Source of the DNA: Octopus vulgaris
Lineage: Eukaryota
Reading direction: 5' to 3'
Assembly (NCBI GenBank): GCA_951406725.2
Contig: OX597828.1
Location: forward strand, 72,106,001-72,170,000
Length of the DNA stretch: 64,000 bases
Made by a program: the position numbers and the translations under genes. Below, piece after piece: positions 25,917 to 39,438 of the stretch. How positions within the stretch are numbered: position 1 is the stretch's first letter; each line of letters begins with the position of its first letter. The notes beneath the pieces were generated by a model that worked only from the letters and a program-made list of their open reading frames with translations, did no database searches and was not told the DNA's origin.

Positions 25917-27568
25917 CATCTTTTCTTGTAAATATAAAATAAATATGGTACTATACCGAAAGGAATTACGTGATCTTTCGATTTAATGTTTGAGTAAGCA
26001 TGTATGTGTGTTTGTGTGTGTGTGTATATATTTGTATACGCACATTGGATTTTATGTATAAAAGAGGTTTTGGTCAGCAGGCACATTTTTCAATGTAGTT
26101 ACGTACGCACAACATTTTGAATTTAATTAATTTTTTTCTCACTGCAGTTTTTCATCAGTAGATACTTACTGAAGGACATCACACCATTATCACTACATGC
26201 AACCAGAGATTATTGTCAGTCTCCAGGACAAAAAAAAAAAAAAACAACCAATAGAGAAATATATGTAAAAAAGAAAACGAAACAAAAAAAAAAAACTGGA
26301 GAAAATTAAAAATAAAACATTAAGATTATATATATACATATACACACATATACACCCACCGTTTAACTTGTTAATGTAGAGTGAGATTGTCATTGTTTAA
26401 AACAAGATGGAAAGTTTTTTTTTTTACAAAGTGAAGAATCATCATATTTGGTGGCATTAAAGATGCATGGGGTGGGGGGTATTAGATGCACCCCAATTTC
26501 AGCAGAGCTCATTTTCCAAAATAATGATAATGGGGGAAGGGGGGGGGGGGCAAAAAAAAAAAGGAAAGCAAAGGTTTTTAGTATCATTAAAAATTTATGG
26601 TAGGTCCATTTTCACATAAAGGATCTTGGGTGATTTTTTTTTTTCTTTTTTCCTTTTGAGACATTATTTTGAAAAATGTGCCACCAAATACGATAATTGC
26701 ATAGTTAATAATAATAATAATAATTAACTATGAAGATGAAATTTGAGTCATTAATAGGTAATTATCTTTCACATTTTTAACATCCCTTTTACTACATATT
26801 TTGGTTTTATTATTATTATTATTATACCAAAGAATGCTAAACTATGCAAAAGCTGCTACAATTTCATGGTATTTTCTGAGTTGTTTTTTTTGCAATCCCC
26901 AAAATTTCTTCAAACCAAATAACACTATTTTTTATCATTCAACTTGTAAATTTTTTTCTCTTTCTCTCTCTCTCTGTCTCTTTCTAAAAGACAAGAGAAA
27001 GACCATTATTTATATTTATTTATTTATTTATTTCTAATTATTATTCCATAAAATTTCAAGTAAAGAGAGATACTTCTGTGATTCTATATTTGTTTTTATT
27101 TTTTTTATTTTTCCCTTTTTGTTTTACACAGATTTCATTTTGAAAGAAAAAACAACTGTCTTCTAACAACTTTCTTTAACCATTCATTAAACACACACAC
27201 ACACACACACATGTATATATACATACATACATATATATATAGTATGCATATATGTATGTATGTATGTATATATATATATATATATATAAAATATGCATAT
27301 ATGTATGTATGTATATCTTTTGATATATTCTCAATTTAATTGCTGGCAGGGGCAGCAGTATTTGGTATTGTAACCACTTTATTCTACCAAGCATATTATC
27401 AGATCATAAATCGTTCCTGTCATGCTGTGTTAGCAGTGCTATAATCTAAATTTAAGGTTGCCTCTATAGATTTCCTATAGGATTCACAGCCAGCAGTGTA
27501 AATTAAGATGTTCAGAGCATGCATGTTTATGTGTGTATATATATATATATATATATACGATATATATA

Positions 27569-27600
<32 letters not shown>

Positions 27601-27629
27601 CGTATTGTATTTATACATATGTGTGTATG

Positions 27630-27940
27630 TCTTCTTCAGTTGTCTGTCGTAGGTCAACATTGGTTGTTCCTATTCTGTGATCCATTCTGGCCGGTCTGCA
27701 TCTGGGTTACAATGCCTGCCCTTCATCTGCTGCAGACAAAGCTACTTGACGCAATGGAGAAGTGACGCCTCTCATGTGCTCTTTTTCTATTTTCCCTCTT
27801 GTTTCTCCTCAATGGCTGGGATTATGAGCTTCAGCAATTGGTGCCGTTCATCGCGCCACAGGGCCTTCTCCTCCAACATGTCTGGGGAGATGTTGAAGTT
27901 CTTTATATGTCTCTTTAGCACATCCCTGTATTGCAACCTC
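27630..27940 (-). mobile_element. 3' end fragment of an RTE-like LINE
   Basis: Minus-strand translation RLQYRDVLKRHIKNFNISPDMLEEKALWRDER...FVCS matches the RTE C-terminal pattern; short GAAGAAGA-like tail. Confidence 0.6.
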
Positions 27941-28499
27941 TAGCCATAATACGTATGTATATATGTGTGTATATATATTCATACATGGATAGAATCCTTG
28001 CCCCATCATCATCAACAAATAACCTTTACTAATTTCCTTCATAAACCCTTTGTTTTTCTCATGGAATTTTCATGGCACTCTCCAAAGACTGGTTTTCTGT
28101 TAGCTTTCTTTTGGTATTTTGGACAAGATATCAACATCTGGTCAGTTGGATAGAGACAGGTTCACCACCCATGCATGGCAGTTTGGAATGTAATGAGAAG
28201 AATGAATACCACAAGGTATTTTGTCCAGTGTTTGAAAAATTATGTTGGTTCAGATTCTGAATTTGTACTTTAATCCATTTGCCCTGGGAAGATGAACAGA
28301 CATGTTGACCTCGGCAGGATTTCAACTTGAAATCTCAAGCCAGAAGAAATAATACAAGACATTTTGTCTGGCATTTTGCTAGATTTATATACTTGTATGT
28401 ATATATATAGACATACACATATGTACAGATGTATAAACATATATATATATATGTTTCCCACCCATGCTAGCATGGAACACGGATGTTAAATGATGATGA

Positions 28500-28839
28500 T
28501 GATATATATGTATATATATATATGTGTGTGTGTGTGTATATATGTGTGCGTGTGTATATATGTGTATATATATATGTGTGTGTGTGTGTGTAAATATATA
28601 TATGTATATATATATGTGTGTGTGTGTGTATGTATACATATATATATATGTGTGTGTGTATATATGTATATATATGTATGTGTATATATGTATATGTGTA
28701 TATATGTATATATATATACATATATTTTATATATATATGTGTGTGTGTATATATGTGTATATATGTATGTGTGTGTATATATGTATATGTGCATATATGT
28801 ATATATATATATGTGTATATATGTGTGTGTATATATGTG

Positions 28840-28870
<31 letters not shown>

Positions 28871-29288
28871 GTATATATATATGTATATGTATATATATAT
28901 ATGTATACATATATATATGTATATATATATGTGTATATATATATGTATATATATATATGTAAAAATATGTATATATATATGTGTATATATATATGTATAT
29001 ATATGTGTATATATATATGTATATATATGTGTATATATATATGTGTGTATATATATGTGTATATATATATGTATATATATATGTGTATATATATGTATAT
29101 ATATGTATGTATATGTATGTATATATATATATATGTATGTATATATATGTATATATATATGTATATATATATGTATATGTACATATATATGTATATATAT
29201 ATGTATATATATATGTATATGTACATATATATGTATATATATATGTATATGTGTACATATGTATATATATACACACACATACACAGAC

Positions 29289-29337
<49 letters not shown>

Positions 29338-29360
29338 ATATATGAACCCATATATATATA
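28500..29360. repeat. ~860-bp compound (TA)n/(TG)n microsatellite
   Basis: Alternating purine-pyrimidine tract; similar tracts at 15480-15770, 25580-25790 and 60300-60750. Confidence 0.98.
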
Positions 29361-32199
29361 TCATTTAATATAATCAATAACAAAAGAGCCATAGTTTCAT
29401 GCTTTACGATACATTAAATTGGCAGGTGTATATAACATGCCAAGTATCTCCAACTGAAATTTTGTGAAAATCTTCAAAAGATATTTTCTTCCTTCTTCTC
29501 CAAATTATTTATGAATATTTATTATGATATTTCTCACTCCCCCCCTTTTTTTAAATCAAATATTGTTAATCAAAATAATTTAGTTTTAAATACGATTTTT
29601 AATTCACCTGAATGTGAAGCTAATTGGTGAATTATTTTCCATTTTTTCTTTGCTTTATTTAATTAATTAATTATTTTTTTCCTCAAAAAGTGATGATGTA
29701 TCTGTGAAATCGTGACAGGGTTGTGCCTGGAAACCTGAAACAGTATCGTGCAAGAGGGGGATATTAAGATTTTGAGTGACAGTTTTAGAAAAACAAAAAC
29801 CAAAAAGAAAACAAAAGAATCTTTAAACAAAATAAAAAATTAATAATAATGATGATAATAATACTAATGCTAATAATAATGATAATAATAATAATAATCA
29901 CTTTCATTAAAAAAAAACAATAAAAAACAATATTTAAAATTTTTGTATGTTATTTGAAAATATCACCTTGCTTAATTTATAAATTTTAAAACAAATTTTA
30001 CAAGAAAAAAATATGTTAAAAATTAAACATTTCCAATATTTTCAGAAAAGAATAAAAACATGCAAAAAAAAAATTAATTGAAAATAAAAAAAAATAATAA
30101 AAATGGTTGAAATTGGAATTTGAACTGAAGTGAAAATGGCTATCGGTTTGAACTTAGGTCCCCAATGACTGCCAGTTTCACTGGAGACATTTTCCTACTG
30201 TTTCTTTGATAACTGTGCTGCCTTTAATCTCCTTCCAACCAAACTTTTTATGGGGGAGGGAATTACACAAAACTTATTGTAAAATAACCTTTTTTTTTTT
30301 TTTATTATTATTTGTTATTTTCATTTCAGACCTATTATTTATCAGAACCACTATTTCTTGTCACTCAAAACAAGTTTTCTATTCTTCAGTTTACTTTTAG
30401 AGCTAAATTAAATATTTAAAAACTATTTCGAACCCTTAACTCTTGTTATTTCTCACACACTCCGTACTTTAGAGAAATGCTATCTTTTAGATATTTTACA
30501 CAGAAATTCTTGTATTTCATAAATAAATATAAAAAAAAAGACAACTTTTATTCTTTTCTTCATGCATGAATGCCTATGATGTTTATGTAGATTAAAAAAA
30601 CAAAAAACAAAACAAAACTGTATGCCAGTATTGAAACTGCGACCAGCTGGCTTCCACTGTTAATTTATACACAATCTAAATCCCTATAATGATGGTTATA
30701 GTAACTGTAGGATTAATTAGTAAGTAACATAGATACACATCTTCAAACGGAAGAAAATTTCCTCTAAAAATACTCACATTTTCCCACATTTATGGAATTT
30801 TCAATGCAATTATTAATTATTTAATCACCAATTAATTTTTTTTTTCTAGAATCCAACATTTTTTTATCAAAGGAAAAAAAAATCACTTTTGACATCTTAA
30901 GATTTCTTAAACAAGCCAAAATATTGAAAGCACTTTTTAATGAAACACTTCACAATTTAATTAAAAAACAACAGAAAAACCAAAAAAAAAAAATTGTCTA
31001 ACCATAATTACTGAAATTGGTTTTTTTTTTTTGTTTTATAAATCATTATTCAGTTTTTTTTTTATAAATAACAAACCTGTTCCTAACTATAATTAGATGC
31101 GTTAGAATGTCCTAATTGATGTGACATATCTGGGCTAAAGATGTGGCTTACATTTAATTATATCAACTACTAGACAGAAAAATGCAGGGAAATCCTGTTG
31201 TGTTCAATGAAGCAAGCCTTTTCATTCGTTGCTGACATTTGACCCTTTTTTTTTTTTATAGAAACTTCACAAACCTTTATTATGTGATGGACTAACTCGA
31301 AAGAGAAAAAAAAAAAAATTTTAAAAACAAACAGGGTGGGTTTTTTTTTTATTACAAAAAATGTCTTATTTAACAGCAGAACGTGAAAAGAAAAAAAAAA
31401 AAAACATCTGCTGTACAAATAAAAATAATTCTTTTAACTTTTAAAACAGATTTAAAAAAAAAAAAAGAAAGAAGAAAAAGAAAGCATTGATTTGCAATGT
31501 TGACCAAGATGAAGACGTCAATGTTGTAGACAAATTTGTCATGATTGTGATGATGATGATGATGATGATGATGTGCGTTGGATTAACAACCTTCAGTGCC
31601 TGTAAGTACACAAGGGAGTGATCGACCCTTTATATTTTGAGAGCCTTTCTTTCCTGTTCACCTCACATTTTACTTAAAAATAATAATATTAAAAAAAAAA
31701 TATATATACCAAAACAATAAACAAACAAACAAACAAACCCCTTTTCAATCGATTTAGAATGGAATCAGTCTTTTTTTTTTTTTATTTGTAAAAGTGATTT
31801 TAGCATTTTTTTTTTCCAGTTTTTTTCTAAACTTAAGATTTATAATTTATACTTTAAAAAAAACAGAAAAACATCTGAAAATATTTCTTCAGCTTGTAAA
31901 ACATAATGACAACAGTTGTATTAATGTTGTTATGTTATTGTTTTTTTCTCTCTCATTTTTATAACTGATATAATATATATGTATATATCTATATATATAT
32001 ATATAATGTATATATGAAGTTTTTCATTCTTTTGAAACCTTGTACACCTGGTTGCAGCTTGTGAATTGTACAATTAATTAATTAAAAAAAAAAACTGATA
32101 ATAGTAAATCGAAAATAGGCTACACCTTGCCAGCCCCTCTGAATACTAGCAGAACATGTCAACCAGCCCTCTTGAGTTCTTAACTACCCTATTTTTTTT

Positions 32200-32593
32200 T
32201 TCTTGCCAGATTTCTGTTGAAAAAATATGGCCTTTTTTGTTTCAAGTAATTGTGAAAATGATGAAGAATTTAGTAAAATAGCCTTGTCGTGTTTGGAACA
32301 TAAAATGAACTTGAAAATCTGATGAAAGGTTTTAATTTAGATCACTTTAACCCTTTTGTTACCATATTCCTGTTGGAATACACTGCCTTTGTTCCAGTCA
32401 GTTTTGAAAATGGTGAAGAATTTAATGAAATAATTTTGTCATTATTAAGTTAGTGTTTGGAACATAAATGGACAAGAAATTTTCATGAAAGGTTTTAATT
32501 TAGACCACTTTTTAAGCATAGTTTCTATCTTTATCACAGAACCAGTGGGGAGGGAGGGGGGGTCTCGGGTGTGTCAGAACCAAAAAAGGTTAA
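32200..32593. mobile_element. piggyBac-like MITE (partial plus full copy)
   Basis: TTAA-CCCTTTTGTTACC (32347) ... AAAAGG-TTAA (32593). Shares ccatattcctgttggaatacactgcctttgttccagtcagttttg with the 19.3-kb copy. Confidence 0.65.
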
Positions 32594-34214
32594 GACTGAA
32601 ATCTGTTAATATTTTAAGTGTCTAATTAAGTTTGTGAAATGTGTTTTTTTTTTTTAATTAGCCAAAGGCAATATGTGACAGTCGATGCCTAAATCTGTCA
32701 GACACGTCCCCTGTGTTTGGTGATAATCCTAAATCCCATTTTCTAAACATCAAAACACTAAAACCATGAAACACTAAATCTATGATCGAAAAATATTCAT
32801 CCCCCCCCCCTTTCATGTTCTTGAAAAATCTTCGTTAAAATGAGAGACAGCAACACTTTTTGTGTGTATGTGTGTGTGTGATCCAGTGATCAATTATTTC
32901 AACAACCAATATCACTGATCTAAGATCATTAAGTGCCACAAGATCAGTTACCATTTTCTCGATCATTCTCGTAATTTGCCCCGACAACAAAAGTACAGAT
33001 TTCATATTCTCCAAACTCCACCAAAATTACATTTATTTCAATTAATCCAATTATATCATGTTATTTAATTATCAATTATCTCATATTAATTAATGTACAC
33101 AGCAGGCATGGTTTTGTGGTAAAGTTCACTTTTGCAACCATGGTTTCAGGTTCAAATCCTAATATGTGGCACCTTGGGCAAAGGTCTTTTACCATAGATT
33201 TCAGGTCAACCAAAGCCTTGTGAACAAAAAAATTTGGTAGACAATAATAAGAAACTGTGTGGAAGCCTGTTGAAGGATCTGTCCTCATCTGAGAGTGGCA
33301 GATTGAATTTCCTGTCTGGTTTAATGCCACCGTTTGACCCTTCAATGCCCTTAGCAGAACCTATTCCCTTACAAGCATACAAGCCAGGTAAGGGGTATGG
33401 CCTGGGGCTCACTCGGTCCCTTCTTCCCCATGGTTTGGGAAACCCTGAAAAATGTTATGAGGTAGAGGAGGGTGGAGTCTACCCTTCCACCTCTGGCGAA
33501 AGAATTAACCTGACAGACCTTTACAGAAGCTGGAAGCAATGTCACACCTTGGAGTTGATGTTGCTAAATTCTAGGCATTCAGCTTCGTACCTTTTAGTTG
33601 AAATAATTAATTTGTAAGCCCGATTCTGTTGCTCTTGCCCCTCTCTCTCTCTCAGACCTTTCCCATGTTACCATTCTACAAATGCCTTCACTATTTAATC
33701 AGGTTGTCATCAAAACTATTACTACTACTACTACTACTACTACTACTATGATATTGGCAGTTTTTTTCCTTTTTTTTTTTTACATGTTTAACAAATAGCA
33801 ACTACAAAAATAGTTGTCGGACATCTTTTGAAAAAAAAAAAACCCCAAAAATTTCATTAGTCTGGTTGTCCATTGTTCCGCTGCACCGATTGATGCAGAA
33901 GAATATTTTGTAGTAAGCGTCCTGACAGTTAAACCAAATTCACAGAGTGTATAACATAATACAAGAAACACATGACCACTTTGAAACGCTGGGCTTTACA
34001 TCGCAAAAACAACAACAACCCCCCGCCCCCAACTTCCAGTGTTTTGTTTCTGACCCCCACGACCACACTCACACATTCACCTACCCAACCACAGTAACTA
34101 GTTATTACTGGTTCCAATACCATTACTGATCTCTTTGGTTTGTCTGTTCTACCTAATTCGAAAGTGCATCAGGAAAAAACAAAACAAACAAAAAAAAAAC
34201 AAGAAAAGAAAAAA

Positions 34215-34288
34215 AATAAACCAAGTTAAAGAAACAATAAAGTCAAAAAAATGTTTATGATTGTTGTTGTTGTTGCTGTTGTTGTTGT
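34215..34288 (+). terminator. Candidate polyadenylation site: two AATAAA hexamers plus a downstream GT-rich element
   Basis: AATAAA at 34215-34220 and 34236-34241; (TTG)n tract from 34261. AATAAA is common in such AT-rich DNA. Confidence 0.3.
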
Positions 34289-36110
34289 TAGAGCTGATTG
34301 CACTTTGTTAATTGCATCTTTGTTGTTAATGTCCAAATCATCTCGTTAGCAAAGTGTAAGTGCCTCTCAGTTACCTGTCGGATCATCTGGCCAGTTTTTC
34401 CATTGCAATTACCTGACTTCCGTCCATATTGAGACACAAGGTCCCCAATACACGGCCCCTTCTGGCCTTTGAAGTCAGCTGATGGTTCATCATCATCATT
34501 TAATATCCGTTTTCCATGCTGGCATGGGTTTGATGGTTTGACAGGAGCTGGCAAGGCTGGAGGGCTGCACCAGGCTCCAGTCGTCTGCCTTGGCATGGTT
34601 TCTACGGCTGGATGCTCTTCCTGATGCCAACCACTTTACAAGGTGTACTGGGTGCTTTTTATGACTGCTAACACCAATGCTTTTTACATGACACCAGCAT
34701 GGAAGTTCCACCATTTTAATGTCCACAACCTAATGCCACTGCCGCCTGACTGGCACCTGTGTTGGTGGCACATAAAAAGCACCATTCGAGCATGGCTGAT
34801 ACCAGTGCTGCCTGACTGGCACCCATCCTGGTGACATGTAAACAGCACCCACTACACTCTCGGAGTGGTTGGTGTTAGGAAGGGCATCCAGCTGTGGAAA
34901 CCTTGCCAAATCAGATTGGAGCCTGGTGCAGCCTCCCAGCTTGCTAGTCCTCATCAAACTGTCCAGCCCATGCCAGCATGGCAAGCGGACGTTAAACGAT
35001 GATGATGATGATGATGATGATGAACCCCACTTCTGACAACATATATTGTTTGCTCCTGGCACAAAGGAACAGCTTGGTATGTGACTAAAACCCCTCCTTC
35101 TTGGGATGCTCAGTCACAACCCTTACACAAAAGCCCCTGTAGTTACACTGAAGCTGTTTGAGCGAAACAAAAAAACCTTGCAATGCTAGGAGAAACCTGC
35201 CCACTCCCAAAAAACTAAGCAATGTTAACCAACAACACAACTCCTGTAGGATCCTTATCTGAACTGGAAAATTTGACTCCATGCAATCCTGAATGTATCC
35301 CATCTCCTAAACTGCAGCTGACATGTTCAGATTACAACCCTGAAACTATTTCGCCAAAATTGTAGTCTTTGCCAAAAAAGGAAAATAAAAAAAAAATCCT
35401 CTAACTTGTCAGAATCCTTCTTTCTCCTGACTTCACAAAAGTGATGGGGTCTCCGATGTAAGCCTCCGTTGCAAAGACCAACACCTTTGCTGCTTGCTCT
35501 ACTCCAACTGTTCATTGCACACACTTGAAAATCTTTTTCACATGGAGCCATTTTCATCCTTTCCACACCCAGGGGCACACTGGATTTGATAGAACGAACA
35601 ACAGAAACAGCTCTGTCGGTGCTCACCTTGCTGATAGAATCTGATACGATGCTGCTGGTCCAAGGGATGGGAGACAGGTGGGGACAAGTGGAACGTTGGT
35701 GACCACATACTCTTCTCTGAGCCATAAAGCATGAAAAACTGGGTGTTGTGAGGAGAATGATTATATAATTAAAAATACACAAATACCTTGTGACGTTCCT
35801 TCCGGCTCTTTGCACTCCATGTTCAAATACTGCTGAAACTGATTTTACCATTTGTTGTTTTAGGCTGATAAACAAAGTACCAGTTATGTTGTTGTTGTTG
35901 TTGGTGATGGGGGGGGGGATAGATTCTCCCTTTCTCTACTTCTTTCTTTCTGTCCATCTCTTTCTCTTCTGAAAGACATTGACTTTGCTCAGGTCTGGAG
36001 AAGGATGGGCTCTGCATGGTGTAACATGCTTTAGGCATGCCATAAGACACAATGGTGCCTCTAAATTTATCTGAAGATAAGGACCCAAGAAGAAGAAGAC
36101 AAACATATAT

Positions 36111-36140
<30 letters not shown>

Positions 36141-36141
<1 letters not shown>

Positions 36142-37553
36142 GCAAAACAATTTAGATTCAAATGAATATAGTACTTAACTTAGATGCACCAGAATTTTTT
36201 ATAGTATTACCCATAAAATTATGTGGGGTGATTATAACTAAAAAATAAGCAACAAGAATGGATCGGTAGTTTAGTACAATTGCATATATATATATAGACT
36301 TTATTTAAAAGCAGTAGAAATATAACAAAAGCTGTTACTCAGAGTTTCACGTTCCCGTTCGTCGGACAGTTTTATTAAAATAGAACCAAAATAACAATTT
36401 GATCGAAACTAGTGAGAGGATACACCTTTAAAAAATGGATTTGTTTGATTGGTCCTTTCAAATAACGGTCTTAGGCAAGCGATAAACAAAATAAACAAAA
36501 TAAATGAGTTCAATATGAATTATTTAAAAAATTGAGGAAAAACCTTAAATCGAAGAGTTGATTCAAATACATATTGTCATTAATTTGATTAATACAATTA
36601 ATACATGAAAATTAAAATTAAAATATATTAAAATGTTTCACAACAGTATATACACATACTAAACCATCAATATACATCTATACACCAAAATACACAGATA
36701 GATGTACACAGACCACATACGTATACAGAAATATAAATGCAAAACGAAAATATACACACAAATACATGTATACGCAATCTTGCTTGCATGCAAAAATCAC
36801 TTGGTGTATACATATAGACTAGAAGTAAAACGCAGAGAGGGGGGAGAAAAAAAAAGGTAACGATCTTATAAGCAACAGAAAACTAAAGACGGGAGTAAGA
36901 GAAGGGGAGAGGGACGTAAAGTTACAGGACCCTATACAGGTAACGAATAGGGAGAGAAAAAATAATGAAAGAAAGGAAGAAAGAAAAGTCTGACTATGAG
37001 TAACAAACGTTCACAAAATAAAATTACGTATACATGTGTATATAAAAGTGTATATTAGCAGTAAATACACATATATAAATACATAGAGACAAGTATATAA
37101 AAACACATCCACACAAATCCAAGTGAATACATGCATACATATACAACCATGTATGTATGTGCATAAGTACAAACATACACACTCACTTACACTTATACAT
37201 AGATGCGTGCTTACGAATACATATGCATGCCAATACAAACATTCACATAAAAACATGTCTAGGATCTGACGTATATACAAACAACAGTATTTTTTTTAAA
37301 AATTGCTGAGTGCATAATAATAAAAATTTTATATATATATATATTGGATTATCTATAAATTAAATGACCAAAGTGGGTTTATAAAATACAATAAAATGAA
37401 ATAAAATAAGTCAAAGGTTTTTCTTAAGAAATATATCGAAATATATACAAAAACTTTGCGATGCAGAATAAAACCTGCATAATATGAAACAAATCCAACA
37501 GTGTGATCAAAAACTAGTCCAAGAATCAAAAAATCAAAAAACAAAAATATATG
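36141..37553 (-). mobile_element. Probable 3' UTR/pseudo-LTR of the Naiad-type element
   Basis: Directly downstream of the GIY-YIG stop, contains a hammerhead fold at 36327-36373 and ends at a (TA)n tract. Membership in the element is inferred. Confidence 0.5.
36327..36373 (-). ncRNA. Minimal type-I hammerhead ribozyme-like motif (U4C) downstream of the Naiad ORF
   Basis: Minus strand AAAACTGT-CCGACGA-ACG ggaa CGT-GAAA-CTCtGAG-TA-ACAGCTTTT. Confidence 0.65.
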
Positions 37554-38261
37554 CTATCCATATGGGATATTGATATTCGACATTTTTAACTTAGCTGCAT
37601 GTCTGCATGAATTTAAGAGTTCTCCTCTTTGATTCAAAGAATTAATGTCTTGGAATAAAATAAAATATTTTTTCCAGCAAACATAAGTCGCACTTGAAAT
37701 TCCTCCTATGTGCACCGAGCCTGTATGGTGCCGCTCTATCTAAAATACTCCATGACACGTCGGACTTCTTTTTCTTTTAATTCCCAGACATATTTCGCCA
37801 GGTTGGTCTTCGTCTTATTTTCTGGGTATTGAAAAGAATTTTTGTGCAAATAAAATCGGGTTTTAAAAGAATTTTCAGAAGCCCCTGTATAAGTCTGATA
37901 TTCAGGTGAGCCTTCTATCTGCACCTTGGCTCTATTTACAATTCCTTTTTCCAAACATTTCCCTTCCAATGGACAGGAGGATCCATCTTTGCAATTACAT
38001 TTTTAAGAGGATCGGCACTATGCTTATTATCATTTAATTTCCTGTTGTGCTGGTTAACGTAAGAGGCAAAGTTCCTGCAACAAGAATAGCTGATCTTAAG
38101 GGTTCTTCTATGAAATTTATGATCCTTTTGAAAATGCCTAGGGACTAATTTCAAGAATTCCCTACCTATGTTTGTTTTTACGGCCAAATTGAAAGCTGGG
38201 TTGAACCACAAAACTTTCCTGGTCCTAGTTCTACGTGTAGCATTACTATTAGCATTAATGA

Positions 38262-38262
<1 letters not shown>
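37554..38262 (-). mobile_element. Penelope-like element, Naiad-type: linker plus GIY-YIG endonuclease remnant (frameshifted)
   Basis: RTRKVLWFNPAFNLAVKTNIGREFLKL..HF..KISYSCCRN, KCNCKDGSSCPLEGKCL, GIVN..YTGASENSFKTRFYLHKNSF..TNLAKYVWELKE, CDLCLLEKYFI..LNQRGELLNSCRH. 5'-truncated at (TA)n. Confidence 0.85.
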
Positions 38263-38350
<88 letters not shown>

Positions 38351-39438
38351 ATATATGTATATATATAATTAAATTCTGTATTTTGTATATTTTCATCTCT
38401 CTCTCCCGCTTATGTTCTGGTGTTTGCTGAATTTCTCTAGAGAACATTCTTTTCTTTGTAGTTAGATTGTAGGTGATCTTCTTCTAGCATATTGGATGTC
38501 CACTTAGTGGTTATCCCTATTATACGCATGTATTGCAATTTTTCTGAATTTTCAGATTTTCCTATATGCTTGGCTAATGGTTTTAAATTGATATTAATTA
38601 AATTAATATTCAATTTATCGCCCTCATTATTTAAATTCTATATATATATAAAATGTAGTTATATATATATTTAATTGAAGAAAAGAGAAGTCAAACTGAT
38701 GTTACAATCGTTTCCATAAACAAATTTTGTTTATTCCAAACCACATAAAATGTTATACGATACATGCAACCCATGCAACATAAGTAATAACATGATTGTT
38801 TACTCACTTCCTCAGGCACAATCAAGTGATGAAACGAGCCTGCAATATAAACTGCAGGGTAAGTTTATATCACTTCATGGGGGTGTCAACAGCATGAAGA
38901 CTGAGCAAATGGATGTAATCTATTATCAACAAACCTCCGAGTATATAATGTGTCAGATTGGAAAGAAGTCTTACTAAGATAAAAAGATTAAATCAGTTCA
39001 ACAGATCTTATAGTTCGAAACATAATCCACTTGGCGACATTTTATAAGTAGACACTCTGGTGATTATAGATTGTCCGGACTGTACTTGTCCTTCCACTTA
39101 ATTTATATGTGTGTGTGTGTGTGTGTGTTTTCTTGAGTCTTACAACTGATAAAGCTGGTTATTCAGTTTCCATGGCACAGAAGCAAGTGAGATCCCAGCA
39201 TTCCCTTCTGCTGAACAGGATGCTGGTCCGTTGCAGGGTCCAATGTCAACAATTTTGAGTGGAAGGGGACAAGTCGATGACATTAACCCTTCTACTTGCC
39301 AATCCTTAATTTTATCAACCCTGAAAGAATGAAAGGCAAGACTGACCTCGGCAGGTTTTGAACTCAGAACATAAAAGAGCTGGGAGAAAGGCCAACCGAT
39401 CCGGGCATGCTGATGATTCTGCCATCTAGCCATATATA

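Noticed and set aside
28467-29392. Long ORFs of 200-294 aa ([12 protein letters not shown]), and similar ones at 15.4, 38.2, 54 and 60.4 kb
   Set aside because: Translations of dinucleotide microsatellites that lack stop codons.
37554-38262. Selenocysteine recoding, as known for some Naiad elements
   Set aside because: The conserved Cys positions read here (SYSCC, CNC, CPL, GKC, CDLC, CRH) are TGT/TGC; no in-frame TGA and no SECIS recognised downstream.
38824-38875. SECIS-like hairpin (ATGA..CCTGCA atataaac TGCAGG..ATCACTT)
   Set aside because: It lacks the 3' GA of the non-Watson-Crick quartet and is on the opposite strand to the Naiad ORF; only a generic hairpin remains.
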